From Cycas panzhihuaensis (taxonomy: Eukaryota > Plantae > Cycadophyta): a DNA stretch of 64,000 nucleotides. How positions within the stretch are numbered: the first letter of the stretch is position 1; the number at the start of each line of letters is the position of its first letter. Positions 1 through 14,400 of this stretch are shown one piece after another. Under the pieces are notes generated by a model. That model was not told the origin of the DNA. It ran no database searches and saw nothing but the letters and a program-made list of their open reading frames with translations. The stretch lies in contig CM041465.1 of the NCBI GenBank assembly GCA_023213395.1, positions 195,121,741-195,185,740 on the forward strand, given 5' to 3'. A program made the translations under genes and the position numbers.

Positions 1-3000
1 ATCAATAGTCATTTCAAATTCTTAAACTCTCTCATGCATGCATCGTTCCACTCAAAAGGAACATCTTTTTAAAGCCAACTATGTAAAGGAGAAACTATTT
101 TGCTAGAATCTTTAATAAAAAATTTATAATAGCCTACATGCCCTAGAAATCCTCTTAATTCATTAAGTATTTTAGGTAAAGGAAGTTGTTAAATTGCCTT
201 GATTTTTCTTGGATCAATTCTAGTTCCCATTTCTAAAATGATATGCTCTAATACAAGGCCTTTTTATACCATCAGCTTGCTTTTGTCACTACTTAAACAA
301 AGATTTGTTTGCTTGCACCTTTGGAATATTTGAACTAATCTTTCAATTTCCTCCTCTAATGTGTCAACATAGATTGAAAATTCATCCATGGAAACTTCAA
401 GAAACTCATGGATAAAGTTAAAGAATATACCAATTACTGGCCATTAAAAAATTGATGGTATATTACAAATTCCAAAAGGTAGCAGTTTGTATGTAAAGGT
501 CACCCATGAGCATGTAAAATTGGTTTTATCTTGGTCCTATGGGGCGATTAGTATCTAGTTATAACAAAAATACCCTTCAAGGAAAGAAAATTATTTTTTT
601 CTTACAAGTTTATCCAACAGCTGATTGATAAAAGGAATAGGAAAATTATTTTTCCTCATTGCCTTATTCAATTATCTATAGTGATAATAAATTCTCAGCT
701 TTCCTCCTTTTTGGGGGACCACCACCAAAGGAGAAACCTATTTATTATTAAAAATGAGATAAATAAATTAGGTATCCAACAACTTCTTCAACTCTTCTTT
801 GATGAATTATAGCTTGTTTAGATTAAGTCACCTTTATTGTTGTCTCACTAGAAAATTGCCATCTTCCATAAAGATATAATGCTAACACAATGAAGGATTA
901 TTTCCCTTCAAATCCTCATACAACCAAGTAAACACATCCAAAAATGGGGTGAGTGCATTTCATATCCTTGTTCTTCCTTTATGCACCCAATTCCAATGTG
1001 TAATGTTTTATTTTCTATGGAAACCATTAGGCATGTCTTTATCTCCTCATTATCATTCTTAATCATAACCTCTATTTCTGTTTCAATGGTGCACAGAGAT
1101 ACAACTTCTTTGCTAACTCTAATTGCTTGGCTATTAATGTCTAGTACATCAAATGCTTCCTACCCTACTTCTACATCTATCTAAGCCAACAATGTTTCTA
1201 TCTACTCACCCATGCTCGAGTGTTGCACATCGTATCTACGTCATTATATTTTATTATTAGAAACTTGTATCCATCAAGGTCTTCATCTTCATCATCAAAA
1301 TCAACCCATTCCAATTCCTTATGATCTTGTGTTACCTCTAATATTACTGGAGGTGCTACTGCAAAAAGAGACAATTCATGTATGTTCACCATTGCTTATT
1401 ATCATTTTTCCTAATCAAGATGCAATCATTGCATTAGTTATTGTAGACTAAAGTCAACCCAAAATGATTAGGTAAACCTTCAACATCCTCCTTAGGTTGG
1501 ACTACCATAAAGTACATTAGAAAATTCTAGTTGCAAACTTGGACAAAAATGTTCATTAAAAACCATTACCATGCAAAGCACTGTATGGGTTGGTCACATA
1601 CCTTTGAGGTTGAGATATTGCATTGTTCCCAATGTCATCAAATGCATTCCCACTCCTAAATCAACTAGTGTTTGTTTTAATTTGATCCCTTCAATTATGA
1701 TGTCGACCTCTCGGCTACCTAAATCACCATATTTCACTGATGACTTCTTACCTTGAATTACATTAGCTATCATCCCAACCAAAGTAATTGACTTTAGTTC
1801 CTACTTCTTTTTGTTCTTCAAGCCCAAGCATAGATCCTTCACATACTTTGCATAGATTGGGGTATCTGAAATGGCCTAAAGAAATTGCATACAAATTTAT
1901 ACATTCTCAAGTCCTTACTTAAAATCATAGGAATTAAGGTTCCTACTAGATTTCTTGATTCAATTGGGCAAGATATGGCACATGCTTATCTATCATGGTC
2001 TACTTCTCTACATCTTGTTGATCTACAACATGCTTTAGTGCCATGTCTCCTTGCTCTTCTTCAACATATTGCTGCAATGGTTGCATCATCGGTATCTTCC
2101 CCAATCTTCGCTTTTCTAGCCTGAGAACCTCTTGTAATTGTGTGCCAAAATAAGTCTAAATCCCATCACAGTGAACAATTTCACTAATCTGCACTAGTGG
2201 CCAATTTTGTATTATTTATTGTTGTCATTTTGTAGAGCAAATATTGGATCCATACTATTGGGTGGGGCATTATAATTTAGCAAAGCTTCTTTACCAAAAT
2301 TTTGATCCATATTAGCATGAACTTCTTGTCTCATGAATCTATTTTGTGAATTTAATTAAGCATTAAATGGCTATTAAAAATTATAAAGGAATTATTGTTG
2401 CAAAATTTGAGGACCCTACTCTTGGCCTTAAAATGAATTATATACAAAATAACATAGATTTTAAGAAAATAAATAAGGAACATTTTGCCCACATATACAA
2501 AAATTCCCAAATCCATATAAATATGATAGTTATGAAACAAAAAAGTATGTATTTTCTTGCAAGAAACAAGAGTCTAGAAGATCATTTACATATCCTTGAG
2601 GTGGTGGATTTTGTAGATCAAATGGGTACATTCTATAATGAAATTATTACAATCTTCCTTGTCCTTGAAATCCTAGCCACTACCATCCCATTGGTCTTCT
2701 CTAGTTTTAGACAAATGTAGCATATGTTGCTTCTTCCTCCAATCCTACAACCTCTTCTTCTTATTGCATGTTATAATTTTGTCTTATTGCCAAAGGAGAT
2801 TTGCTTTGCTCTTCTTTCTGTTATATCTCCAAGTAGGTATGTTGCTCTGCCATAGCAGAGAGTATTTCTTGCTTTACATCTCCTAATGCATTCTTTAACT
2901 CCACCCTTGAAGTTGAGCCTGCAACAGATTCACTATTAATAGCATAAACTTTATTTATTCTAATAACTCCAATCCCCCATCTTCTCATGGTTTTATTGTA

Positions 3001-3560
3001 TTTAACACATAAAGCCTTTAAAGTTTTAAATGGAATCGTTGCAAACTTGGTTGCCCCTAATATCTCCAACCACATACACAAAACATCATTCAATCCAACC
3101 AAGATTTTTTTTTTTTTTTTGTACTTTATGGATGCCCATGGTTCAAACAACACTAGAATAAATACTCCATCCTCTTGATGTATTTTTCCACTAATTCATC
3201 CTCCCTTTGTTTTATCCACAAATTTTGGGTTCTCAAGTATTTATCTTACTGAAAATCATTGTATTTATTTTTTAGAAACAACTCCTTTATTTCCTTCCAT
3301 TAATGAATGGAACTAACAGAGGTCATCATAAACCATCTAATTGCATTGTCCTTTAATGTGGATAGGAACAACTTCAGTCATTAGGCATCTAATTAATAGT
3401 CACAGCTTTTTGACAAAACACATTAAACTCAAAAAGGAAGACTTCTAGGTCTTCAAATTTCTTAGCATGGAACTATGGCAATTTGTTCAGGGTCCCCTTC
3501 ACCTATTCGAATGAATCTTCTTGCTCAAATGCAATTGGGAACCCAATACCTTGCACTTCA
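1..3560 (-). pseudogene. gag-pol remnant (gag, aspartic protease, RT) of the Athila-like element
   Basis: Fragmented ORFs 1594-1782 and 2821-3153 plus RT motifs at 1-900, with many stops and frameshifts. Confidence 0.8.
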
Positions 3561-3785
3561 TTCTTACAGTCTTCAACTAGAGCTTATTCATAAAGTTTCT
3601 TACTTATTCATTCCAAACTAGGACTACTTCCCTATTTCTTCTTTGGGCTCTGCTAGAATGAATAAAAACACTCTACTGCCAACCCTTCCCACTACGTTTG
3701 AATGCAAGTCGATCATTCACAAATATTTTAAAATTTTTAATGCTTATTTCTTTTCCTACACAATCTATGGGCTTTGATCGCCAAG

Positions 3786-3804
3786 TCCCCTAGCAATGAC
3801 ACCA
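3786..3804 (-). promoter_or_regulatory. Decayed tRNA-Asp-type primer-binding site
   Basis: Minus strand TGGTGTCATTGCTAGGGGA versus the Athila-type PBS TGGCGCCGTTGCCGGGGA; the differences are transitions. Confidence 0.7.
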
Positions 3805-3807
3805 AAA

Positions 3808-4407
3808 TGATCCATCTCAAAGTGGTTCTACAAGTTCAATAAAGCTCCATAGAAACCCAATGAGAAAATCATGTCAACCCGAAGGTATGCAAGCTTATGA
3901 ATTCATAGGTTAAGAAATCACCAAACTAAGGGTATATAACAATAATTAGATTTTACTAAATTGTCATATCTATTAGCTCTCCATTCACACAATCTTGTAA
4001 TACACCCTATATAGAAGTAATAGCCCAATAAGCAAAATCAGTAAGAAACTCACTAATGTATAGGGATGCCATCTCGTAGTGTTGCCCCTATAGTTCGCAA
4101 CACTTCCCTCTCATCCTCAACAATGGTGCAAAGGTTTGTATAAGATAGGCCAAGTAGGCACACAAACATAAAAGAAAAGGCAACCAACAACTTCTGAAAA
4201 ATCCCTTCTATATGTTTCATTGGTAATGAGAAAAATATTTATACATGGCTTGGTAAGTTTTGACAATTGACCATAGTTCTTGGCAGGTTGTCATTACTAA
4301 AAAATAATGTCTTAATCTAATCACATGCTTGCAGCCAGTTGTTAATAGTTCATTAGTAACTATTGAGTTAGTACATCAAAAATGTAGATAACTTGGGAGT
4401 TACGACA
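3808..4407 (-). repeat. Putative 5' LTR of the Athila-like element
   Basis: Ends in CA 3 nt before the PBS. Candidate start TGTCGTAACTCCC at 4407. The partner LTR is not in the window, so the start is uncertain. Confidence 0.4.
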
Positions 4408-4550
4408 CTATACCAAATATATCAAAATGTTACCATAATAGGCATTTTTCCCATGACAAAAATTTATAGTATTTTAGAACTAATGCTTATAAGAGTTCCT
4501 ATAGCATATAAAATTATCATGAAAGAAAGTAAAGATGGTCAATTCGAAGG

Positions 4551-4765
4551 ATGATGAAGATCAAAATAGGTCTCATTAGTAAGAATCTAGTCTTTCATAC
4601 TAGAACCAAATATATAAAGGTCGTTTATCACTTCATTTCAAAAAATTTACAAAACAAAGAGATAAAGTTGATCTATTATCCAAGTGAAAAGAAGTTAACA
4701 AACATCTACACCAAATCACTAAGAAATTGTAAGTTTTAGTATTTTTGAAGAAAATTTGGATTGAG
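4551..4765 (+). pseudogene. Isolated Ty1/copia RNase H C-terminal fragment
   Basis: KNLVFHTRTKYIKVVYHFI...LTNIYTKSL matches the Copia NPVFHxRTKHIxxxYHF...ADIFTKxL motif; a purine-rich PPT-like run follows. Confidence 0.8.
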
Positions 4766-5386
4766 GAAAAAAGAGTAAATATTTTGGGTTGATTTTAAGA
4801 ATAATTTTTACTCTTAGTTGTAATATTCCTATTAGAACTTAGAATGTTAAAATTTAGGAAGTTGGTATAAGGGTCCTACATGTTTGACATTTGTCACTCA
4901 TATTATATTCATTTTAAATCTCTATACCATACCCCTCTTGCATTGCCAAAAAATAAAGACCATTTCTCCTTTTAAGCTCTAACTTATTTCGCTAAGAACA
5001 TCTTTCAAGATATGACCACAAATGAAGGTGGTGTTGTTATAGAGAAGGAACCTTCTTAATAAAAAATAATTTTAGTCAAAATATTGAAGAGGTCTAACTC
5101 GTAAAAACATGGTCGAAAGAATAAGGATAAATGATGATGTCCCCAAAGTTCTTTGTCTTTAAGAAATAAGAGATGTAGACTTCAAATTACAAAATGTATT
5201 ATAAGTAATTTTGCTTCGTGTCCCTTACCTTTTGCACCACACATCATAGAAAATATGGCATTGCCACACTTTCACACCTTGTTCTACAAATGTTTATTGT
5301 AAATTAGTGACCTAACCCCATAAACAAAGCTCCTTCGATATCATTAAATGTCAATATTATTATTTCATGTAATTGCCAATACTTAT

Positions 5387-5837
5387 TATTAGAGAGAGTT
5401 ACAAAATAAATGTATGTCAAACACAAATAAAATCAAACACAGTACACAATATCTGGCAAGTGGAAAACCCTTTTAGGGGATAAAAAACCACCTCATAAAT
5501 AATAATTGTATAATATCAAATAATTTACAAATACAAAAAAATAATTTGAATAAGAGGATCTCATCCTCTCTCAGATTAATGTCTGCCAACCAGACCAAAC
5601 AACCCTACATAGCCACCACCCAATCAAACAAACTAGACTATGCTAACTTACCTTGACCAACCTCCTAAAATGTAGGAGGAAATATTTAAGAGAATGAAGG
5701 TTCATTAAAAATAGGCGGTTGTCCATTTCAACAAACTACATAATTAATAAAATAACAGTAATAAAAGTTAACATTTAATATTTTTAATATTATTAAAATG
5801 AACCTTAAAGCTAACATTAATAATAATAATTCTAACA
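5387..5837 (-). repeat. 3' LTR of element A
   Basis: About 92% similar to 38446-38876 (plus a 23-bp indel); abuts the PPT ATTAAAGGGGGA. Confidence 0.93.
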
Positions 5838-5902
5838 TCCCCCTTTAATATTAGTTCTTTATACAATAAATGGTATATGGAAGATAAAAGAAGACTTCAA
5901 CA

Positions 5903-8900
5903 CGATGATCCCCCTTTGATGAAGACTTCTTCAATCTTCAATAGATCTTAAAGTTTAACAAACTTTGCTTCTGTTAATGATTTTGTAAGGATATCTATAA
6001 TCTGTAAATCAGCAAGACAATAAAATAAGTTAATACTATTATCATTCACAAAACTACGTATAAAATATTGATGTAATTCTATGTGTTTTATCCTAGAATG
6101 TGTAATATGATTAGTAGCAATAGATATCGCATCTTGATTATCAATATTAATTTTGATAGAAGAGTTTAGAAACAAATATAATTCATTTAATAGAGATTTT
6201 ATCCAAAGTGATTCTTTACTAACTTCAACAAGTGCTCAATATTTAGCTTTAGTTGTGGATAATGCTAATGCTTGTATTTTCTAACTAGACCAAGTGATTG
6301 GTGAAGAGTCTAGAAAGAAAATATAATCAGCTATTGATTTGCGATCATCAAAGTCTCCTACCCAACCTGAATCTGTATAACCTGTCAATGTCAAGTTAGT
6401 AGTGTAAAAATTATATGTTAGGCCATAGAATATTGTACCTTATAAATATCATAAAATCTGCTTGGTTGCTTTCCAATTTGATTTGTGAGACATTTGCATA
6501 TATCTGGAACACAAAGCAATAACATAGGATATATCTAGGTGTGTATGGGTTAAGTAAATTAAACTACCTATCAATTGACGATATAATGTAGGGTTAGAAG
6601 GTGAAGATGAATAATCAACTATTAATTTTACACTTGATTGTAGAGGTGTAGGAGTTGGCTTGCCATTATCCATATTGAATATTTTTATTAGTTCAATAAT
6701 ATATTTTGGTTGAGAAATAGTTATTTTTTGCTCTGATTGACAAATTTGTAAACCTAAAAGTAATATAATAGACTTAAGTCTATCATTTCAAACTTATTCA
6801 TCAAAATTGATTTTAACTAAAGAATATGAGAAAGTAAGGAACCAATTATTATTATGTCATCTACATAGAAAATTAAAATGATGATATTATTATCTTGTCT
6901 TTTAAAGTAAAGATATAGATTATTAATACACTTAGTGTATCTATTTTGTAGAAGATAATCATTATTTTTTATATACCAAACTCAAGGAGCTTGTTTTAGA
7001 CCACATAAAGATTTTTTTAATTTATAAACAAGATTAAGATTATCTATGAAACTAGGAGGTTGTTTCATACAAATTTTCTTTTTAAGGTCACTATTTAGAA
7101 AGGTACTTTTGATGTCCATTTGATAAATCTACCAACTAAATTTTGTTGCTAAAGCTATGATAGTTTTAATGGTATTCATCTTAGCAATAAGGGCAAAGGT
7201 TTTGGTATAGTTAATACTGTCAATTTATGAAAAAACTTTGTCTACTAAAAGAGCCTTGTGTTTTTTGAACTACTCCTTCTGAATTGAACTTAGTTTGATA
7301 GACCCATTTGCAGTCTACCAAGTTCTTACTAAGAGGTAAGGGGACTAATTTCCAAGTTGAATTTTTCTTGAGAGCGTTAATTTTAGCTTACATTGTTTGT
7401 TTCCATATTAGATTGATACTTGTTTGTTTAAATATTTTTGGATGATCATTAACCATAACTTTGACCATTAGAGCAAAATTTGCTTGAAACTTTTGCGAAT
7501 GAATTTTTTTGGTATCCGAAGAATTACCAACATCAGAATTAATATCATAAAGAGTTTTTTGAGCCCAAATATGTTGTTTACTGTTATTAGTAAGTAGTTC
7601 TGAAGAAGTTGGCTGGCTGAAAGGAGTAGGTTCAGATACAATAGGTTCAGTTAAAGTCCAATTTTGGACTTGAGTGGACAAAGATTCAATAGTTTCATGG
7701 TCAGTTTGTTTGTCCAAGGGGTCAACTAAGTATTAATTAATAGGTTTTTAATAGATAGTTCAATATAAGAAGTTTTTTATGAAGAACCTTCTTCATCAAA
7801 TACAACATCATGCAAGATTGAAATCTTATGCGTGGTTGGATTTAAAAGTTTGTATGCTTTACTTTCTTCGTTGTAACCAACGAAGATGTGTTTGAAACTT
7901 TTAGGATTAAGTTTCTTTTATTTTTCTTTGGGAATATACCCTCAGGCAATGCTTCTAAATATTCTTAAATACTTAACAGAATGGGTTACAATCAAACCAT
8001 TTATGTTCTAACATAATATTATGAAGAAATTTGCATGGTAAGTGATTTAATAGATAGTTGGAGTAAGCAATAACTTCTGCCCACAAATTTAGGTCAAGAC
8101 CTTCCGCATGTAATATGCATCTAATCATCTCAAGAACTATACGATTTTTGTATTCAGCAACACCATTTTGTTGAGGATTATATGCTACATAATGTTGAAA
8201 TTGTATCCCATGCTTCTTGCAATAAGTAGTAAATTTGTTATTTAGGTATTTTTTGGCATTATCGGATCTAAATATTTTGATTTTAGAGTTAGTTTGGTTT
8301 TTAACTAAAGTTTTAAACTCAACAAAGATATCAAATACTTGCTTCCTTATTTTAAATATTTATACCCAACACTTCCTATAGAAGTCATCGATGAAAGTAA
8401 CAAAATATCTACTTCTAGAGTATGGAGGTACTTGGAATGGATCACAAATATCAGAATGAACAAGTTCAAGTTGAGCTTTTACTAGAAAAGATGTTTGATA
8501 TAGGAAAGGGTCCATGTGTTATTTGTCTGTTACGTAAGCTTCACAAACTCCATAAACAGTGGTTAGGGGGGATAAGCCATGAACTATATCATGCTTACTC
8601 ATGTACTGGAGTTTGCTATAACTTATATGACCAAACTGAATATGCCACAACTTGTTGATTGGGTCAGATTTTACTATAAAGGCACTAAAGGTTTTTATTT
8701 GAGAATATTGAATGTTTGTTAGATTGTAAAGACCTATTTTATGATCAGTAGGTCCTGAAGCAATTGATTTGAACTTATTTAATGGTTCTTTAATAATAAA
8801 TTTATCCTTTTAGAATTCGACAATAAGGTCTTGCTAGCAAATTTGATATACTGAATGAAGATTAGGTAACAATCCAAGAATGTAGAATACGTCCTTGATC

Positions 8901-10107
8901 GAACCATCTTTCAAAGAAATATCACATGTTCCTTTGACTTTAAATTAAGATCCACTCACAAAGGATATTTCTTCTTCAGAGTTTAGATCAGATTGATATG
9001 AAGTTGGGTATTCTTAGTGTCCTGTCATATGATGGGAAGCACCAGAGTCAAGTATCCACACAAGTGGTTGAGTGGATAAGGCTAGGAAGACTGAAGTTGT
9101 GGTAGTTAAGGATTGGTTAGGTTTATGGAATCGAGTCTAGATCCTTTTAGAATCTTTCCATGCTTCTGATGCAATTTTATCTTTACAAACATCAATGGTG
9201 TGTCCTTTTTAATGGCAATAAGCACAACTGATGTTCTGATTATGATTTGAATTAACAGTATTCCATTTTTAGAATAATTGTTTGAAAGTATTCTATATTT
9301 TTTATGGTCCAGAATATTTGATATTTTGATGGAAATTATTTGAAGAAGAAGTAGAAGAAGAACCTCTATGAAGTTTTTGAAACTTTGGATGATTATTTTG
9401 GTAGTTGGTTTAGTGTTTAAATTGTTTGATAGCTTTGACTTAGAAAAAAAAGCTTGAGAAGGATCTTGTAGTTTTCCAGTTTGAATTAGCATAGTTTGAT
9501 GTTTAATTAGTTAATTTGTTAACTAATTAAAGGTTATTGGCAGATATCTAGTCCACTACCTAACAACTTTGAAAAGATTGAAATGTTTTGGGAGTTTATT
9601 AATTGCTAGACAGATAAGTATGTCATCCTCTTTTGCATGTGTAATAGTGACTACTTTATCACCTACTTTTATGAAAGATTTTATATAATTTTCTAGGTTT
9701 TTATTTATGAGTTACATTTTCGATAAGAAATCAACTTTAGGAAAATCTTCATAATTTAGATCATACATTCATTATTCTATGATAGCTAACCTTTGAGTAT
9801 CAACCTTATTATATTCTTCCTTAAATGAATTCCAGACAGTAGCTAGATCATCTGTATCAGAGAAATGTTGACTTATGTTTGGAAAGAGAGAGGTTAGGAT
9901 GGTGCCTAGGACTCCATCATAATTCATCAGATAAACTATATAGGCTTCTGATTTTTTGTCTATAGGTTTTGCAAACTCTCCTGTGACATATCACTACAAC
10001 GTTTGTTACTTTAGGTGGTGAGATATATAAGTTTTTCAGTTAGCATAATTAGAGCCAGTTAAAACTGAAATTGATGTATAATAGGTTATTCCTGGCATGA
10101 GTGTCAT
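5903..10107 (-). pseudogene. Copia gag-pol of element A (gag, PR, INT, RT, RH), disrupted
   Basis: Gag start LTGSNYAN*K (~10040-10107), protease WILDSGASHHMTG (~9020-9060), integrase ~7800-8480, RT ~6450-7380, RNase H ATNHITHSRIKHIE...IDILTKSL (5948-6175). Confidence 0.9.
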
Positions 10108-10472
10108 TTTAGAAAAAACCGATGACTTAAAACCTCTTTGATAAAATGTTAAGGAGATGAAGTTATTTTTAAATTTTGTAGGTGAATCAAAGTAATTATG
10201 TTACGTAGATAAATTTATTAACATAAATATTAGTTTACCATTGATTAATAGATTTAAATGAGAAATAAACCCATTAATTTTTAATAAATAATGAACATTA
10301 AATATGAATTACCAATCAAGAGACATAAAATTATAACATTGAAAATTACTTGCCAATTAAGAAATTTTTAATGAAAGTAAACGTTGGATATATTTTTTTT
10401 TTTTTAATTTAAAAACTTGTAATATTACCAATCAAGAAATATATAATTTAATAAAAATAAACTTACAACATT

Positions 10473-10794
10473 TGTTGGGTTAATGCTTATCATATGAGCC
10501 CACCTTAGAGTATGCACCGCACAAGCCTTCAAGGTAAGTTAGGTAAGATTTATTTAATGTTGCACATTATTTTATATTAATTTGAATTAGAGGTTGAGGA
10601 GGTTTCCCTCCTCCCTCAAAAGTATATATTTCATGGGATCATCTCCTCAGGTGTTCATCAACACCACCTCTTCAAAAAAAAATTGTGTATTCTCAACAAA
10701 TATGGGTTAATAAAAATGATATTGCGCATGCTTTACAATATGGATTAAGTTGTTTACCTTTACTATTCTGCTCTACATCTCCATTAAACCTACA
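10473..10794 (+). repeat. 5' LTR of element B
   Basis: TG...CA, 322 bp, about 89% similar to 36432-36753, followed by a Met PBS. Confidence 0.92.
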
Positions 10795-11130
10795 TTTGGT
10801 ATCAAAGCTTAGATTCAGCTTCATTTAGTATCAGAGTGCTACACTCTTGCTCAATTATATCATGGCTCGGCTACGTTGGTTTGATTTCATTATATATTAC
10901 ATTAAAGTTCAACTTTATACATTCTAAAGTTATTTCATTTAATTTTTTCAATTTACATTTTATTTCACATTTTATTTTTTAGACGACTTGATAGCTTTGA
11001 TTTGACAGCCTTGTGCATCAGATCCAATGCTCAAAACCTATGCATATAGCTACTCATTGTGATCCTTGCTAAACCAATGAGCTAGTAAAAGAAACCATTT
11101 GGTTTTTTATTAATTATACAGTGTGATATT

Positions 11131-11469
11131 TGATGGAGCTGAAGGAGCAGAGTGAGACTTTAGAACGAGAGCAATTTGAGTATAACAGTGATTTCCAATA
11201 ATTGGCAGTGTTGATAAACACTTGGCAGGTATTCATGTCTCTTAAATAATGAATTTCAGGGAGGTGTCGAGCGCCATCATCCTAGCTGCACATTAACCAA
11301 TGTAAATTCAAAATATATTAAAAAATTAACAGTAATACGTACCTCAAGAGAGTGGTGTTAGGTCTAAGCGGCTGTTAAGTGGCTCAAGGTGCCCTAGGGG
11401 CCCTCAAAGGTGGCCTTGAGGGGCCCTAAGTGCTCAGATGCACTTAGCACATTGTGATTATTCCCAATA
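11131..11469 (-). repeat. 3' LTR of element C
   Basis: 339 bp, about 90% similar to 20029-20367. Confidence 0.94.
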
Positions 11470-14400
11470 TTCTCCCCCATAAGCCCAATGTGTATGACTC
11501 CCAAATTGTCTCTGAATTTCTCAAATTTAATTTTTCCCAAAGCCTTCATAAAAATATCTGTTGTTTGATTTTTTGTGCTGCAATAAGTTAACTCTATCTT
11601 GTCTTCTTGTACAAGTTCCCGAATGAAGTGGTATTGAGTTTCAATATGCTTTGTTCTTCCATGGAATATTGGATTTTTAGCCATTTGAATAGTGCTTTGA
11701 TTGTCACAACAAATTCTAGTGGGACCTTGCTGTTTAATTTGAAAATCCTATAAAAGTCTTCTTAACCATATTGATTCACAGGCTCTTGATACTGCGGCTT
11801 TATACTCTACTTTGGCTGTGGATAAGGAAATGATATTTTGTTTCTTTGTACTCCAAGCTACCGTTGCTGATCCCATACTAAATACATAACCTATGGTAGA
11901 TTTTCTATCATCAACATCACCAGCCCAATCTGAATATGTATAACCAGTTAACTAAAATTTGGATGTAGCTTTGTAGTATAACCCAAATCTTGGAGTCCCT
12001 TTAAGGTATCTAAGGATTCTTTTAGCAGCTTGCCAATGAGATGTCTTTAGATCTTGCATAAATATGGACACAACACTTACCGAATATGTTATATCAGGTC
12101 GAGTAGAAGTTAAATATATTAGGTTGCCAATCAGTTGTCTATAGAGAGTGGGATCAACCGAAGTCGAGTCATCTGTCTTAGAAATTTGATTCCAATTTTT
12201 GTTGGTATTGTCAATGGTTTGTAGTTTGTCATTTTAAATCTTTGTAGAAGATCTAATATATATTTACGTTGAGAGATAAACAGTCCTTGTTTATCCTGCC
12301 AAACTTCCAATCCTAGGAAGTAATGCATAAGGCCTAAATCTGTCATCTCAAATTCCTTACACATATCATCTTTAAATTGATTTAAAAAATAGGAGTTATT
12401 TCTAGTATAAATTAAATCGTTCACATAGAGTCCTACAATCAATATCAAATTTCCCTTAATTTGGGTGTATAGATTTGGATCTGGTTGAGATCTTTCAAAC
12501 CTTTGATATTTAAGATACTTGTCTATATGAGAATACCAAGCCCTAAGTGCTTGTTTTAGACCATATAGTGCCTTCTTTAACTTGTACACTTTGTTTTCTT
12601 CCCCCCTGACTTTAAAACCGAGGGGTTAAGTCACATAGATATCTTCTTTGATATAACCATTTAAGAAAGAACTTTTTACATCCATTTGATAAACTTTACA
12701 ACCTATTTGGGCGGCTAAACTTATTATCATGTGAACAATTTCCATCCTAGCGACTGGGGTAAATGTTTCGGTATAGTCTATGCCTTCTCTTTGGGCATAT
12801 CCTTTAGCAACTAAATGAGCTTTATATTTATCAATGGAGCCATTGGAGTGGAACTTGGTCTTATAAACCCATTTGGTTCCAATAACTTTCTTCTTTGGTG
12901 GTAAATCTACAAGTTCCCAAGTATCATTCTTAAGGATGGACTTATATTCCTCTTTCATGGCTTTCTGCCAACACTCATGTTAATTAGGTTTGAGGCCCAT
13001 GAATTTCGAGTAGCTTGCTCATTAGAGCAAAGTTGACCTTTTGTGAGCATGTAGATCTTCTATTGTTATCCATTATATTTCCTAAGTCATGGTTACGTTA
13101 AACCCATTTGAGTAGATGTTGTGATGGAGGTTGAGATGATGTTGCTTCCCTAGCGGGTTCCTGAATATTTCTCCACATAAGAGGCACATATTTGGATTTA
13201 TTTGATGTGTCAAATTTAATGGCAATGTCCTTTTGTTATTCTTGATTATTTTGGTAGTAGTTGTCTTCTTGAAATTTGACGTCCCTACTTACTATAACTT
13301 TTCTTGATTTTGGATCATAAACTTTGTAGGATTTTGATGATTCACTATATCCAATAAAGATACTTTTGACACTATGGTCATCTAATTTAGTTCTTCTTTA
13401 GTCATGAACATGGGCATAGGCTAAATATCCAAATACCCTAAGGTGATATATACTAGGTTTATAACTAGTATATGCTTCTTCTGGAGTTTTCCACCTAAGT
13501 GCTTTGGTAGAACATCTATTAAATAGATAGATGGCTGTATGAACTACTTCTGCCCAAAATTCATGGCCCAAGCTTTTATCTTTAAGCATTCATCGTGTCA
13601 TTTCTACGATAGTTATATTTTTCCTTTCCGTTACACCATTTTGTTGTGGGGTGTAGGGGTTGGTAAGCTATCTCCTAATCCCATGACAGATACAATAATC
13701 CTTGAAAGTATTAGAGGTAAACTCTCCCCTATTATCTGATCTTAGAAAAAGGATATGATATCCACTTTGTCGCTCAATGAAGGTTTTGAAATCAACAAAG
13801 TAGTCGAAAGCATCAAATTTATATTTTAGAAAGAACACCCATGTCTTTCTTGTAAAATCATCAATAAATGTGAGAAAATACTTGACACCTACCAAGGAGG
13901 GAGTAGTCATTGGTCTACAAATATCTGTGTATACTAGATGAAGCAGGATAAACGCTCGATGGCTAAAATCTGGAAAGCTTTCTCTATGTTGTTTTCCAAG
14001 AAGGCATCCCTCACACAACTCTTTATTAACATCAATAGGTGGTAAACCATTAACCATATCTAATATTTTCATTAGAGCTAAATTGTTGTAGTTAAGATGA
14101 CCGAAATGTCGATGCCATAAATCACTATCCATAGTAGTTGAGGTTCTAAAGGCATAGGTATCTGAAGGGGTGAGGGTAAGCTTAAATAAATGATCTTTAG
14201 TCATTATACCTCTAGCAACAATAGCTTTATTTTATCTCTTGTCTTTGATGACACATTCGTCGTTGTCAAAAATCACCTTATAATCTTGTCCCATCATCTG
14301 TCCTACCGATAGTAAGTTTTTACTTAAAGCAGGGGCGTATAGAACATCATTCAAGTATCTATATTCACCAATATCAGTTAATAAGGTAATGATACCTTTT

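Larger units (their letters stand above)
1..4407 (-). mobile_element. Degenerate Athila-like Ty3/gypsy LTR retrotransposon; 3' part lies outside the window
   Basis: Minus-strand order is LTR, PBS(tRNA-Asp), gag, PR, RT. RT reads PFGICN...FIHEFLEVSMDEFSIY (~370-480), protease reads LVDLGVGMHLM (1594-1782), and gag reads EVFLFEF (~3430-3460). Confidence 0.85.

Noticed and set aside
2367-2720. 117-aa plus-strand ORF and similar short ORFs antisense to TE coding regions
   Set aside because: These are shadow ORFs opposite decayed gag-pol frames with no motifs of their own.
4775-5010. Possible LTR after the Copia RNase H fragment
   Set aside because: The position is plausible, but there is no partner copy, clear TG start or TSD to define it.
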